From: Felis catus
Lineage: Eukaryota
Length of the DNA stretch: 64,000 bases
Reading direction: 5' to 3'
Assembly: GCF_018350175.1 (NCBI RefSeq)
Contig: NC_058368.1
Span: 76,572,001-76,636,000, forward strand
The notes under the pieces are model-generated. The model had not been told where the DNA came from, did not search any database, and saw only the letters and a program-made list of their open reading frames with translations. The position numbers and the translations under genes were made by a program. Below, one piece after another: positions 48,982 through 60,429 of the stretch. Position 1 is the stretch's first letter. Each line of letters begins with the position of its first letter.

Positions 48982-49013
48982 ACCTTTTTTTTAATGTTAT
49001 TAAAAAATGTTTT

Positions 49014-49238
49014 GGGGCGCCTGGGTGGCGCAGTCGGTTAAGCGTCCGACTTCAGCCAGGTCACGATCTCGCGGTCCGTGAGTTTGAGCCCCGCGTCGGG
49101 CTCTGGGCTGATGGCTCAGAGCCTGGAGCCTGTTTCCGATTCTGTGTCTCCCTCTCTCTCTGCCCCACCCCCGTTCATGCTCTGTCTCTCTCTGTCCCAA
49201 AAATAAATAAACGTTGAAAAAAAAAATTAAAAAAAAAA
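49014..49238 (+). mobile_element. Can-SINE, young SINEC_Fc type
   Basis: TSD aaaaaatgtttt. Confidence 0.96.
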
Positions 49239-49309
49239 TGTTTTAACATTTTTAAATGTTATCAAAAAATTAATGAAACATACATAATGTTTAAAAAATT
49301 CAGAGACCA

Positions 49310-49483
49310 GGGCACCTGGGTGGCTCGGTCAGTTGAGCATCTGACTCTTGATTTCAGCTCAGGTCAGGATCTCACAGTTTGTGAGTTCAAGCCCCATGTA
49401 GGGCTCCAGCCCAGAGCCTGCTTGGGATTCTCTCTCTCTCTCTCTGTCTCAAAATAATCAAATAAACATTAAACAAAAAAAAA
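49310..49483 (+). mobile_element. Can-SINE (older, deleted)
   Basis: Head and tail. Confidence 0.88.
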
Positions 49484-50719
49484 TCAGAAACCATAAAAGG
49501 GAGTGAAGTGAAAACTGTGCCCCTCTAATTTCAAGTCTCTGGTCTCCCTCCTGGTCTCTTTGCCCAGACACAGCCTTAGGTAAGGTTGTTAAATGGACCT
49601 AATACACACGTAAATATATCTATGAGAAGAGAGAAGACCAAAGATGTCTGCAGGTTACTTGCTGCACTCCCATGCACAGATGCCATCTGTCTCTCCATCC
49701 CATTGAGTCCGCGCCGGTCTTGTCACTGCTTCGACCAATTGCATATGGCGGAAGACCGCCAAACACCGCTCTGGGCTGAGGCTTGTGAGGGAACCAGCTG
49801 CCTTCTCTCCCCAGAGATGAGCTTTAATATGCCTTACTACCTCGACACTGACACGCTGTGAGATCCATGCCAATCACAGCACACTCCAAATGCGGTGATC
49901 GGGAATGATGGGATTCTCCACAGCAGGCTCCCTAGAGTGTATTCTCCAATCCAATTGTTTTCATTCCTATTTCTTTAACTGTGGCAAGCGTGGAAGCATA
50001 TTTTTGCAGATTTCACAGGATTTTTTTGTGTGTTTATTCCTCTGTGACCTCTCAGCCACTTATTTTGCCCTTCATATTGTTAATTTTCTATTGAAGCATT
50101 AGGCTTTTCTATGTTGAGAAATTCGTTCCTTTTGTGCTCTGAATGACTGTTTAATGTGTATATGATCAAAAATATCCATCTTTCTGTGATGGTCATAGTT
50201 AAGAAGATTTTTTTTTACTCTAATATTAGTTTATTCACATTTTCTTTCACCTATTTTATATTTTGATTTCTTACTCTCAATATTTGGGGTAACTTTAATG
50301 TACATTGCGATAAAAGTGATCGTACAGATCGAGTTGTAATCTTTTCCAGGTGTCTATTTTTCCCTAATTATTTAAATGTCGTCTTTATATGTTACATTCT
50401 CGTGTCCATTTAGATTTTTTTTCTTCCATCTTGTGATTCATGCACAAATTCTTAGCTTTGGTTTATTTTCCTTTTAATTACTTCAAATACGAAATAATAA
50501 AATCATTTGGTATCTACGGATGCCATTGATGAATTTGAGTTTAAAATTTAATAAAAAGATTCTAGCAAGCTTCACACCAATTCCCAATGGTCATCAAATT
50601 ATCAGATTATAAAATTATCCTTCAAAAAATGTAGAGAAGTTTTTTTTTTTTTTGAAGTTCACATTCCCTGAAGAACAAAAAAAGCAATGGTTATTTTCTA
50701 AAAAAAAATAATAATAATA

Positions 50720-50921
50720 ATAATTTAACGTTTATTTTTGGGACAGAGAGAGAGAGCTAGTTGGGGAGGGACAGAGAGAGAGGGAGACACAGAATGGGAG
50801 GCAGGCTCCAGGCTCTGACCTGTCAGCACAGAGCCTGATGCGGGGCTGGAACCCACAAACTGTGAGATCATGACCTGAGCCGAAGTCGGACGCTCAACCG
50901 ACTGAGCCACCCAGGTGCCCC
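50720..50921 (-). mobile_element. Can-SINE
   Basis: Antisense element; flanking tattttc. Confidence 0.94.
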
Positions 50922-53001
50922 TATTTTCACTTAATGCTTGCTAGCATAGAAACACAATAGTATGTTTTGCTTATTTCTGGAATTAACAAAATTAATTATA
51001 CATTCTCTACAGATGGGTCATGCAAAATGAAAGCTTCATTTATTTGAGCAGCCATGGGCCAATGTTCTCTGGAAAAAATAAAAGTAGCTTGTAAAATATA
51101 AAGTTACTTGAAATTACCAGGGAAAGCAGTATTCACGGTTTAGCTGCTTTGTATTATAGTTCTTATTTTCTTCTGCTTTATATTATAGTTCATTTTAAAA
51201 TAGAAGTTCTTCCTTCCCTTGTGAATGGTGAGTTAAGTTATTAAAGACAGAAAAATAACTAATCTATCTTAAAATCTCCTCGGTGCTGATCACAGTGCCT
51301 AAAATATAACGTGTGTTAAAGAAATGTCAGGTCAATGATATGAAAGCATGGATCCAATGTCCTGTCTTCTTATTTGAAACTTCATTAAGCTCCCAAAGTC
51401 AAAGAGAAAGCTTGCGATGATAAAAATAAACAAACGAAACGAAGCTTTTGAGATAACCATACTGAAATGGTAGGCAATGCTCTTTGTCGTTGGATCTAAC
51501 GCTGTTTGTCATTGGCTAATGAAATAGCAAAAGGTAATGATCTAGGAATTCATTAATCAGTAATGTATTATTAGTATATTGTATGTCTGTTTTTTTTTTC
51601 TATCTATCTGCATATCTTTTAATTAATTTAACTATTGATAATGTATCCATAAGCTCTTTGTACCCATGCTGTGTGTCAGATTCTGGAGATCGGACGAAGA
51701 CCAGAGGGTCATAGAGACTTTAACAGGTTTTTTTTATTCAGGACATCGAATAAAGATTTACTAAAATATGTGCGATCATCAAGGCATGTGTCCAGGGTAA
51801 GGAGAAAAAGATAGGATGTACACAAGCATTTGGGAACCATGTGCCCAAAGAGGGGTCCTTGAAACCTGGTTCCTGAAATGGTGCAGGAAGTGCGCCCCAG
51901 ATGGAGGGAACCCTGGGTAACCGGTACTGTGGATAAGCTAAAGAAACAAACAAAACATCACTGTTGGCTGGGGAACGAGTCTCCTGGATTTAGGATTAAT
52001 AACTATGTGTTTCGTGCATCACTGATAAAACTTGACATACAGTTTCTCTCTCTATATATATATATTTTGCTTTTTTTTCTGACATAGATAAGTTCAGAGA
52101 CCTTTCTAGTTCTGGTTCTGCACCGCCCCGTGTATTAAGGCATCCACAAAGGAGAAGCTCAGCTTTGCTATTCATCAGTGTGAGACATGAACTTCCTATT
52201 GAAAAGAGGAGGGAAGGACTTCTTTAAAAAGCAGTACCACTTTATCTTACAAGGTAAAAAATAACCATATAATAACAACGCAAACGCATGACTGTTGACA
52301 ATGTAAGTGCCATGTAACCATGGAGCAATTATCTACTTCTCTCCCTTTTTAAAACAAAGACCAAGCTGAAAATCTAAGAGCTGCAAGTTGCATGATGATT
52401 ATTCTGTTCATTACTTGGTAACTGGAAGTATAATTATCAAGTAATCTGCATGAACATAATTACGTATTTACATCGTCTTTGCCGTGTAATTATAGAGGAG
52501 TTTAGTGATTATACAGTACACTCCTTGAAAAAGAAAGTGATACCAAAAAACAACCCCCCAAAAAAATCTGTGTGAAGTAGTCATCTCAAGCAGAAAGAAT
52601 TAAACATGAGGATGATTTTCCTTAGAAAAGTCCTAAATCATGACATAAGTGAAAACAATAAAAATTAGATCAATTTCCGATCATGAACACCAACCGGAGT
52701 CCATCTCATGAATTATGGAAGCCTGCTCAGACCGTCAAACCATTTGGTGCATGAAGCACTGAAGGAAAATAGTCGAATTTGCTTTCTTTCAACGTGAAGG
52801 GTTTTTTTTATATATTTATTAGTCTAATCATCTTTATCTCATCTTCGTTCTCCCACCATTAAAATCACAAGTATCTCTATTAAATTCTGAGATGTTTGAT
52901 GAGTAGATAAAGAAAAAGGAGCAAGAATAAAGTTGAATAGTGGTGCTCACTTAACAAAGTTCTGAGGCTTTCTCTCACTACAGAAAATAAGTATTAAGTA
53001 C

Positions 53002-53149
53002 TTTATTTTTTAAGATCTGTATTTTTTAAGATGTCTAATATGGATGGTTTAAAAAAAGATGTCCTGGAATTTTTAAGCACTTTGGTAACTGCATCCTTGC
53101 GATTAAAATCTCTCCATTGTCTGATAATCGACCACAATACGTTTGCTTT
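53002..53149 (-). pseudogene. Exon remnant (Death-domain-like, second half)
   Basis: gcaaacag|...|gtactt; KANVLWSIIRQWRDFNRKDAVTKVLKNSRTSFFKPSILDILKNTDLKK*; ends phase 1, matching the exon at 44716. Confidence 0.5.
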
Positions 53150-53281
53150 CTGTTTGCAAGGGGTGTTCAGGCCACCCTCGGTGATTGGATGGCATATCCT
53201 GCTCGGTGACAATTACCACTTAACAAAGTCATTGTCTGAAACCATTTGCATAAAACGACAGTTCAGTCAGAAGTGAATCCA

Positions 53282-53505
53282 GGGGGTGCCTGGGTAGCTC
53301 AGTTGGTTGAGCGACCGACTTCGGCTCAGGTCATGATCTCACGGTCCATGAGTTCGAGCCCCAAGTCGGGCTGTGTGCTAACAGCTCAGAGTCTGGAGCC
53401 TGCTCCGGATTCTGTGTCTCCCCCTCTCTCTACCCCTCCCCTGCTCACGCTCTGTGTCTCTCTGTCTCTCAATAATAAATAAAAACATTAAATTTTTAAA
53501 AAAAA
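53282..53505 (+). mobile_element. Can-SINE
   Basis: TSD agaa(g/c)tgaatcca. Confidence 0.94.
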
Positions 53506-53595
53506 GAAAAGAACTGAATCCAAAGTGACTTCTTGACTCTCTCCATGTGCGGGTAGGAACCTGTAATCTGCGAGATACACACACAAAGCCAACAC

Positions 53596-53779
53596 AATTT
53601 GCAGTGTGTGATCATTTCATATCTGTCACTGTCCTCTAAATGCATAGATTCTCCCAGAAGTTACACAGGCTCGTGTTTGAGTCTAACAAGCCTGGCAGGT
53701 CGACTCTTTCAGTTCTCTAAATGCTGTTTAATATCTCCACGGAGTGATTTGCTGCTATTTTTTGTAGTTAAAGCAACAT
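53596..53779 (-). pseudogene. Putative 5' exon remnant (Death-domain-like, first half)
   Basis: ccttcag|ATG; reads MLL*LQKIAANHSVEILNSI*RTERVDLPGLLDSNTSLCNFWENLC then, after a frameshift, HLEDSDRYEMITHCK. Donor uncertain. Confidence 0.4.
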
Positions 53780-54329
53780 CTGAAGGTTGGCAACTGGCAG
53801 TAAGAACGCAATTTAAACATGGGGCTTTTGTCCCCCCCAAAGAGTGAATGGGAGACTACATCAGCGGCCATGCTTGCTGAAGATGTACAAATTAGTGTTC
53901 ACATTTTTGGTGGGAAAAAAACAAAAAAAGAAAACCAAACCACATCGGTCTTTAAAGAATTTCTCCTCCTAGATTAACAATGTAACAGGTAGTCAAGACC
54001 CATCCCCAGAGTTTCTGTCAAATGCTTGTTTCTTCTGCAGGGGCATCACCTTCTTCCCAGGGCGCAGTCTTGAGAGAACACAGAAGACTTTCAGAAAGGT
54101 AGCGAGAGGTTTCCCGACTCCTCTGCTCCCTGCCACCTAATCCAGAGACCCAGTTACTCCACAAGCCAAGAAAGATGGGAGCGGCGCCTCCCTGAGAGCC
54201 AGCCCTGCGTATCACAAACACACACACTGAAATAATTTACTTGTCGACACCCATGGGCGTCGTCTCCTTACTGGGGATTTGCCCATGAATCACACCATCT
54301 CAGCTCCCTAGAAACCTTCTCCACAGCCC

Positions 54330-54577
54330 TGTGTCCTTGAAACAGTCGGTTGGGCAACTGACTCTTGATTTCAGCTTAGGTCATGATCTCAGGGCTCGTG
54401 AGTTCCGGCCCTGCGTTGGACTCTACCCTAACAGCACGAAGCCTGCTTGGGATTCTCTCCTCCTTCTCTCTGCTGCCCCCCCCCCCCCACCCCGCTCCCT
54501 CTCTCTCTCTCTTTCTCTCTCTTTCTCTCAAAAGAAATAAGTAAACATTTTTGAAAAAGGAAAAAAAGAAAGAAAAA
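54330..54577 (+). mobile_element. Can-SINE (older)
   Basis: Body, C run, CT tract, tail. Confidence 0.86.
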
Positions 54578-55093
54578 GCAAATGAGTGCCATGTGGGTTT
54601 CTTTCTCTGCAACCACGTACGAATGCAATAGATTCTCGGACAATGAAGTGTGGTCCTGGTGGAGACAGGTTTCTATTTCCTTGTTAGTTTTCTACTCACT
54701 ACACTTGACCATGGTGGCTGAAAACTACCATGCAATTCTGAACAGTTTATGAGTTGTGTGTATATAGGTCTAGATTTTTGAGAAACTCGATGTAAGTTTT
54801 CCAAAACTCAAATGATAAAAGTTTAGGTTTATTTACATAATTGCATTAGGAATTTTTGAAATCATCACTTATCATTTCTGTTTTATTTAACGGATCATGT
54901 TTAATTTTTAGGAAGTATCGCTTTTAAAAATATTAACAATTGAAGTGGTTTGTATTTTGAAATATATATATCTTAATCAAAATACACTCAGATTTTGAAC
55001 ATTCGGAGTGCAATTACATGTTTTAGTTTCTTAGGGCACTACTCTCAAAAGAACAAAAACTTTGTGAAAGTCTTTATTATATTAACAATTAAT

Positions 55094-55298
55094 GGGGCCC
55101 CTGGGTAGCTCAGTCAGTTGAGCGACAGACTCTTGATTACAGCTCAGGTCATGATCCCAGAGTCCTGGGATTGAGACCCGTTCCCACCCTGCACTGGGCA
55201 TGAAGCCTGCTTGAGATTCTCTCTCTCTCTGCCCCTCTCCCCCTGGCGCACACACGCGAACACTCTCACTCTCTAAAATAAAAAATAAATTAAAAAAA
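55094..55298 (+). mobile_element. Can-SINE (older)
   Basis: TSD aacaatta. Confidence 0.9.
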
Positions 55299-55306
55299 CA
55301 ATTAGT

Positions 55307-55532
55307 GGGGCGCCTGGGTGGCTCAGTCAATTAAGCGGCCAACTTCGGCTCAGGTCATGATCTCGCGGTTCGTGAGTTCGAGTCCCACATCGGGCTCTGT
55401 GCCGTCCACTCGGAGCCTGGAGCCTGCTTCGGATTCTGTGTCTCCCTCTCTCTCTGCCCCTCGCTTGCTTACTCTCTGTCTCTCGCTCTCTCTCAAAAAT
55501 AAATAAACATGAAAACAAAAAAAATTTTAAAA
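55307..55532 (+). mobile_element. Can-SINE, tandem with the previous copy
   Basis: Complete element. Confidence 0.94.
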
Positions 55533-56133
55533 ACCGATTCGTGATTTTCATTAATTTAAAGCAAGAACAATTTTATGGAATACATAATAAACTTATGAAT
55601 GACGTATGCTTTCCTTCTATACTCATCACACTTCACCGGAACATCTTCCATGGAGCGCCCAGGTGTGTAATAATCCTGAAGTTCAGTCACATTTTGCTAC
55701 CGTTTAGTCATATAAAAACCACAACTTTGGACATGTTTTTTTTTCAGTTTAGACATTATGAAGGTATATTTGTCAAGACAGCACTCTAAAACATCTTTTC
55801 TTTAACATCTTGCTGCGTCGATTTACCACTTTAAATTTCAGACATGTACGTGGGCTTCCATTTTTTTTCCTTTTGGTCTTGTCATAACATTCAGGGAAGG
55901 GGTGTGGTGCAGCTCTCCCTCTGTTCAGGACGGGATGGTTTGAAGGGAAGCAAATACTGCTCCCATCTCGGCCACCACCCCCTTCGGCCAGCAATCCACC
56001 AGCGGCCGCCAGTAGAATACAGGGCAGGAAATTGTATACAGGGAACAAACTGCGTTCAAATCAACAGAATGGAGAGAAAAGAAGCATAAATGAGAGAAGA
56101 GAAAATTGCAAGCAAATTAAGAATGACACATCA

Positions 56134-56367
56134 GGGGCGCCTGGGTGGCGTAGTCGGTTAAGCCTCCGACTTCAGCCAGGTCACGATCTCGCGGTCCGGG
56201 AGTTCGAGCCCCGCGTCGGGCTCTGGGCTGATGGCTCGGAGCCTGGAGCCTGTTTCCGATTCTGTGTCTCGCTCTCTCTCTGCCCCTCCCCCGTTCATGC
56301 TCTGTCTCTCTCTGTCCCAAAAAAATAAATAAACGTTGAAAAAAAAAAATTAAAAAAAAAAAAAAAA
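56134..56367 (+). mobile_element. Can-SINE, young SINEC_Fc type
   Basis: TSD aagaatgacacatca. Confidence 0.96.
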
Positions 56368-56404
56368 GAATGACACATCAGATTAAAAATCCTTGTAGAA
56401 GGAT

Positions 56405-56620
56405 GGGGCACCTGGGTGGTTCAGTCAGTTGAGCGACCGACTTCGGCTCAGGTCATGATCTCACCCTTTGTGAGTTGGAGCCCCGCGTCAGGCTCTGTGC
56501 CGACAGCTCAGAGCCCAGAGCCTGCTTCAGATTCCGTGTCTCCCTCTCTCTCTGCCCCTCCCCCGTTCATGCTCTGTCTCTCTCCGTCTCAAAAATAAAT
56601 AAACATTACAAAAAAAAAAA
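56405..56620 (+). mobile_element. Can-SINE
   Basis: Flanked by aaaatccttgta. Confidence 0.94.
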
Positions 56621-56656
56621 TTTTTTTTTAATCAAAAAGAAAAATCCTTGTAAGAG

Positions 56657-56879
56657 GGACACCTGGGTGGCTCAGCCGGTTAAGTGTCACACTCTTGATT
56701 TTCACGCAGGTCATGATCTCAGGGCACGTGAGTTCAAGCCCCACATTGGGCTCTGTGCTGACAGCATGGAGCCTGTTTGGGATTCTCTCTCTTGCCCTTT
56801 CTCTCTGCCCCTCCCCGCCTCTCTTGCTCTCTCTTTCTCTTTCTCTATTTCTCTCAGAATAAATAAACTGAAAAAAAAA
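56657..56879 (+). mobile_element. Can-SINE (older type)
   Basis: Flanked by aatccttgtaagag. Confidence 0.92.
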
Positions 56880-56899
56880 TAATAATAATCCTTGTAAGA

Positions 56900-57440
56900 G
56901 AGAGTGAAGAGTAGAATTCACACCGGAGAAAATTAAGTCAGTGTCATGAAAGACAAACTCGAAAAGATGCCCCGGGATGAAGAAGAAAATGACAGAGATG
57001 AAAACCACTGGAGAGCGGAAAACAGCCGTGTGAGGGCAGGGACAGAGCTATAACGAAGAGCTAATTAGTGTTCCAGATTTTTTTTTTTTTTTTAATGAAA
57101 AGGAAAAGACAATCACGAGGAAAAATTCCTTGCGCTGAAAAGATCTGCGAAAACAGCGTGAACGGATCCACTGCGTTGCAAGCAAAAGAACAAGAGAAAG
57201 TTCATCACGTCTAACTACACCCTGGTCAAAATCATAACGATGGTAATAATGATGACAAAGAGGGGAAAATGATTCCTAAAAGCCTCGGGCAGAGTTGGAG
57301 AAAAGAAACAAGTATCCGAGGGATCTTGGACTTCCTGCAACAGACGCCCAAGACGAGAGCTGGAGTTCTCTGGGGAAGAGGTTGAGTTGTCTTTGGCCAA
57401 GATGTCTTTCATGGGAGGAATCAGCAGAGACATTTCAGAT
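56900..57440 (+). mobile_element. Ancient L1/HAL1 ORF1-like remnant
   Basis: A-rich decayed sequence with ORF1-like landmarks (ctaattagtgttccaga, gaggaaaaattccttgcgctgaaa, caccctggtcaaaat, attcctaaaagcctc). Confidence 0.55.
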
Positions 57441-59695
57441 CCATAAAGGGCTCTTTAAAAAGCATCACTATACGCCCTTGTATAAAAATCAAAGTGTGTG
57501 AGAGACCACCAACATTAAAAGCTCACCAGTTAGGTAATGGAGGCATAACAGAGCCTGTCTCCCCCATACAGTGGTTCAGGGAATGGGAATGAATCTTGTA
57601 GGCTGGTTTTAATTCTTGAGGCTGATACTAGCTGAGGCTTTTAGTTTCTATAAAGCTAGTTTGCCATCTCTAAAATGGGGATAGTTATAGCTCCAGCAAA
57701 TATCTGTAAGGCCTTAAGGTATGTAAAATATGTATTGTGCAGCCTCTCAGATAGACAGTGTTCAGTACATGCTCAATGGCATTGTTATTGGCACCATACA
57801 TGCATAATATTTAAGACTAACATTGAGTGAAATGCCCTTTGAAGGAGCTACTGAATTTATGCCAGTCTCTTCTATGCCCTATGTATGGACACAAATGGCC
57901 ACCTTGAAAAATATCTTTTTGCTTCTAAAAAGTACACTTGGATGATCCCCTCTCACGTGAACATTAGACACATGTCTGTAGATTTTGTGTATCATGTATG
58001 TATCATCGTATAAGTATAGGTGAAGGAATCGTAGCTGACCTCCCGTTAACTAGTCAATATCTACATCAGTTGGTGACAAAGCTAACCACTGAGGGAGAGG
58101 TGGATCACCACTTTATGAAATGAACCCAGGGTCATCCCAATGCCTTCTCTTTGATAACTGAAGTCTGTGTGACTGTTAAGGTGGACCAGAGTGACCCGCG
58201 TCAGGATCCCCTCTCATTGGCAGAGAATGACAATGAAAGCATGGAATGAAATCCCCATGTTTGTCTATGTTGGTGGTTCAGATTCAACAGAAAAGCTAAG
58301 TGTTGAGTGATTATCTTTGAGACCCTATCAAAGGGTACCACCTGGCCAGTGCGATTACCAATGATTTCCCTACAATGATGGACAAGAGTGGCTTGGGGGA
58401 CAGGCTGAAAGAACTCTCTGTCTCGGAAGAAAAAAATGGTAGTCACTAACATCTGGAAACAAGACTGGCCCCTATATCTGGGAATCTCAGCACAGAGAAG
58501 ACATTGGGAGCTCAAGAGAGTAGGTGGAAAAAAAGAACACTTGACCACATGTGTCCCTAGAGCTGATGAATCAAGTCATGCTAGTTAAAAGTGGTTTGTG
58601 AAGTTAAGAAATCCATGATAAGTATCATAAGAGTTCATGTGTCCCCACCATCCCTAGTTCTTCCAGAGAAGGGCCATAGCTCATTTTCTGAGTCTAATAA
58701 AATCAAAATTACGCAGTCCCCACAATTTAATTCAACCTGACTTCTTGCCAAGACTTATCAAGCATTTTCCAGGGTGTCCCTCTTCTAGCCTTTTAAAAAT
58801 GTTTTGAGCATAACATCCATTTAAGAAACATTATCATGCAGTTTTCTAACATATGTCCAAATACAGCATATCAATATACTAACACTACTGAGTCATGTAT
58901 ATTTTACTGATGTTCAGAGTTCATGGAGAAAATTCTTCTTGTCTGCAATGAATTGCCTGTATTTTGAGTCTTTTCTGATATTTTGTCACAACTCAGTTAC
59001 ATCCATTACCAACCCGGAAAGCCTCCCGCCAGGCTCTTTGTTACCCATTAAATGTCTAGTCAAAAGAACTCTCAACTCCATTAAAAATAACATTAGACCT
59101 ACAACAACCGAAATATAGGGCTTTTTTTCAGATTCAGAAACAGAATTTCTGAGAAAATCAATCACTAGAATTTTCATGTTCTTCTGTGATGGAAAATGTA
59201 AGGATAAACCAATCCTGAATGAAATTGCTAAAAAAGGCAACACGCCTTCGAGTTTTTTCCATTTGCAGGCGCTCGGTGTTTCCACAGCATCTAGTCTTCC
59301 TCCCTCGCAAAAGAGAAGGAGCTGGTAACCTTATTCATACCAAGATGTTGTGAATTGACATTTATGTAATCTCAGGATTGAACTAGGTGTCAGAGACCAT
59401 CCAGAGACCATCAAAGACTGTATTCTACCTAATATTAGCGGTCTACTCTTCAATGCCCTTGAGAAGTGAATATTGCTTTCCCTTCCAAGGATCACCTCAC
59501 TCCCCTTTCCATTGCTGGGCAAGGTCTCTCAAAAAGCTTTCACCTCCTTTGGGTAAAAGTTGCCTCCTTCAACTGGAACCTGTGGCCCACCTTTTGACCC
59601 CACAGACTATGTCCGGCCTCCTGTCTGGCTCTCCACGTATTTGCAGAAAGCTATTGTGTGCTTAAGTGGCTCTTTCACGGACTTAACCTTTGTAA

Positions 59696-59901
59696 TTTCA
59701 ACGTTTATTTATTTTTGGGACAGAAAGAGACAGAGCATGAACGGGGGAGGGGCAGAGAGAGAGGGAGACACAGAATCGGAAGCAGGCTCCAGGCTCCGAG
59801 CCATCAGCCCAGAGCCCGACGCGGGGCTTGAACTCCCGGACCGCGAGATCGTGACCTGGCTGAAGTCGGCCACTTAACCGACTGCGCCACCCAGGCGCCC
59901 C
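59696..59901 (-). mobile_element. Can-SINE, young, lacking poly-A tail
   Basis: Direct repeat aacctttgtaatttcaac at 59685-59702 and 59902-59919. Confidence 0.96.
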
Positions 59902-60059
59902 AACCTTTGTAATTTCAACTTTTCCTCTATGTCATGGTTCCAGAAAACTACCATCTTACTCACTCTTATTTGGATGTTCCTTAGTTTGTAAACATTCTTA
60001 TCCAACTACGACACTCAGGAAAGCTTCACTCTGATGATAATTTCACGAAAGGTGTCACG

Positions 60060-60225
60060 GTATTTAGAAAGAGCCCAGACATTGAAACCATACAGACTCC
60101 TGGTTATAAATCCAGCTCTTGTACCTACCAACTGTGTGACCTTGAACAAGTGGTGTAACCTCTCTGTCTTCTCTCATCTGTGAAAGAGTAATTATACAAC
60201 CTGATAAAATTATAGTAAAGATGAA
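60060..60225 (+). mobile_element. MIR
   Basis: aaatccagctct...ctgtgtgaccttgaacaagt...aacctctctg...ctcatctgtgaaa. Confidence 0.75.
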
Positions 60226-60248
60226 AGAAAATCAAGGTGGCATCAAAG

Positions 60249-60349
60249 TGGGGCGCCTGGGTGGCTCAGTCAGTTGGGCGACCAACTCTTGATTTTGGCT
60301 CAGGTCATGATCCCAGGGCCATGAGATCAAGCCCCCCTTGATCCTCTGC

Positions 60350-60392
<43 letters not shown>

Positions 60393-60429
60393 TCCCTCTC
60401 TCTCTCTCTGTCTCCAAAAAAAAAAAAAA
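60249..60429 (+). mobile_element. Can-SINE with internal deletion
   Basis: Head, long (CT)n, A tail; TSD aaagtgg. Confidence 0.9.

Larger units (their letters stand above)
4928..53779 (-). pseudogene. Large multi-exon (non-processed) pseudogene of an unidentified gene
   Basis: About 25-30 minus-strand segments bounded by pyrimidine-rich AG and GT, with compatible phases at most junctions. Seven consecutive exons give 174 stop-free codons; others carry TAA/TAG/TGA stops, frameshifts and a SINE insertion. May extend to about 4290. Confidence 0.7.

Noticed and set aside
52392..52456. miR-26-like tcaagtaatc, or C/D snoRNA (atgatga)
   Set aside because: Only about 10 nt match, on the 3' arm whereas miR-26 is a 5p product; no properly placed CTGA D box.
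4928..53779. Naming the pseudogene (ECT2L, FBXW10, CCDC162, OFCC1, WDR-family)
   Set aside because: No peptide matched a sequence I can actually recall; symbol left blank.
58986..59285. 99-aa minus-strand ORF upstream of the pseudogene
   Set aside because: No convincing splice sites or motif linking it to the exon chain; left uncalled.
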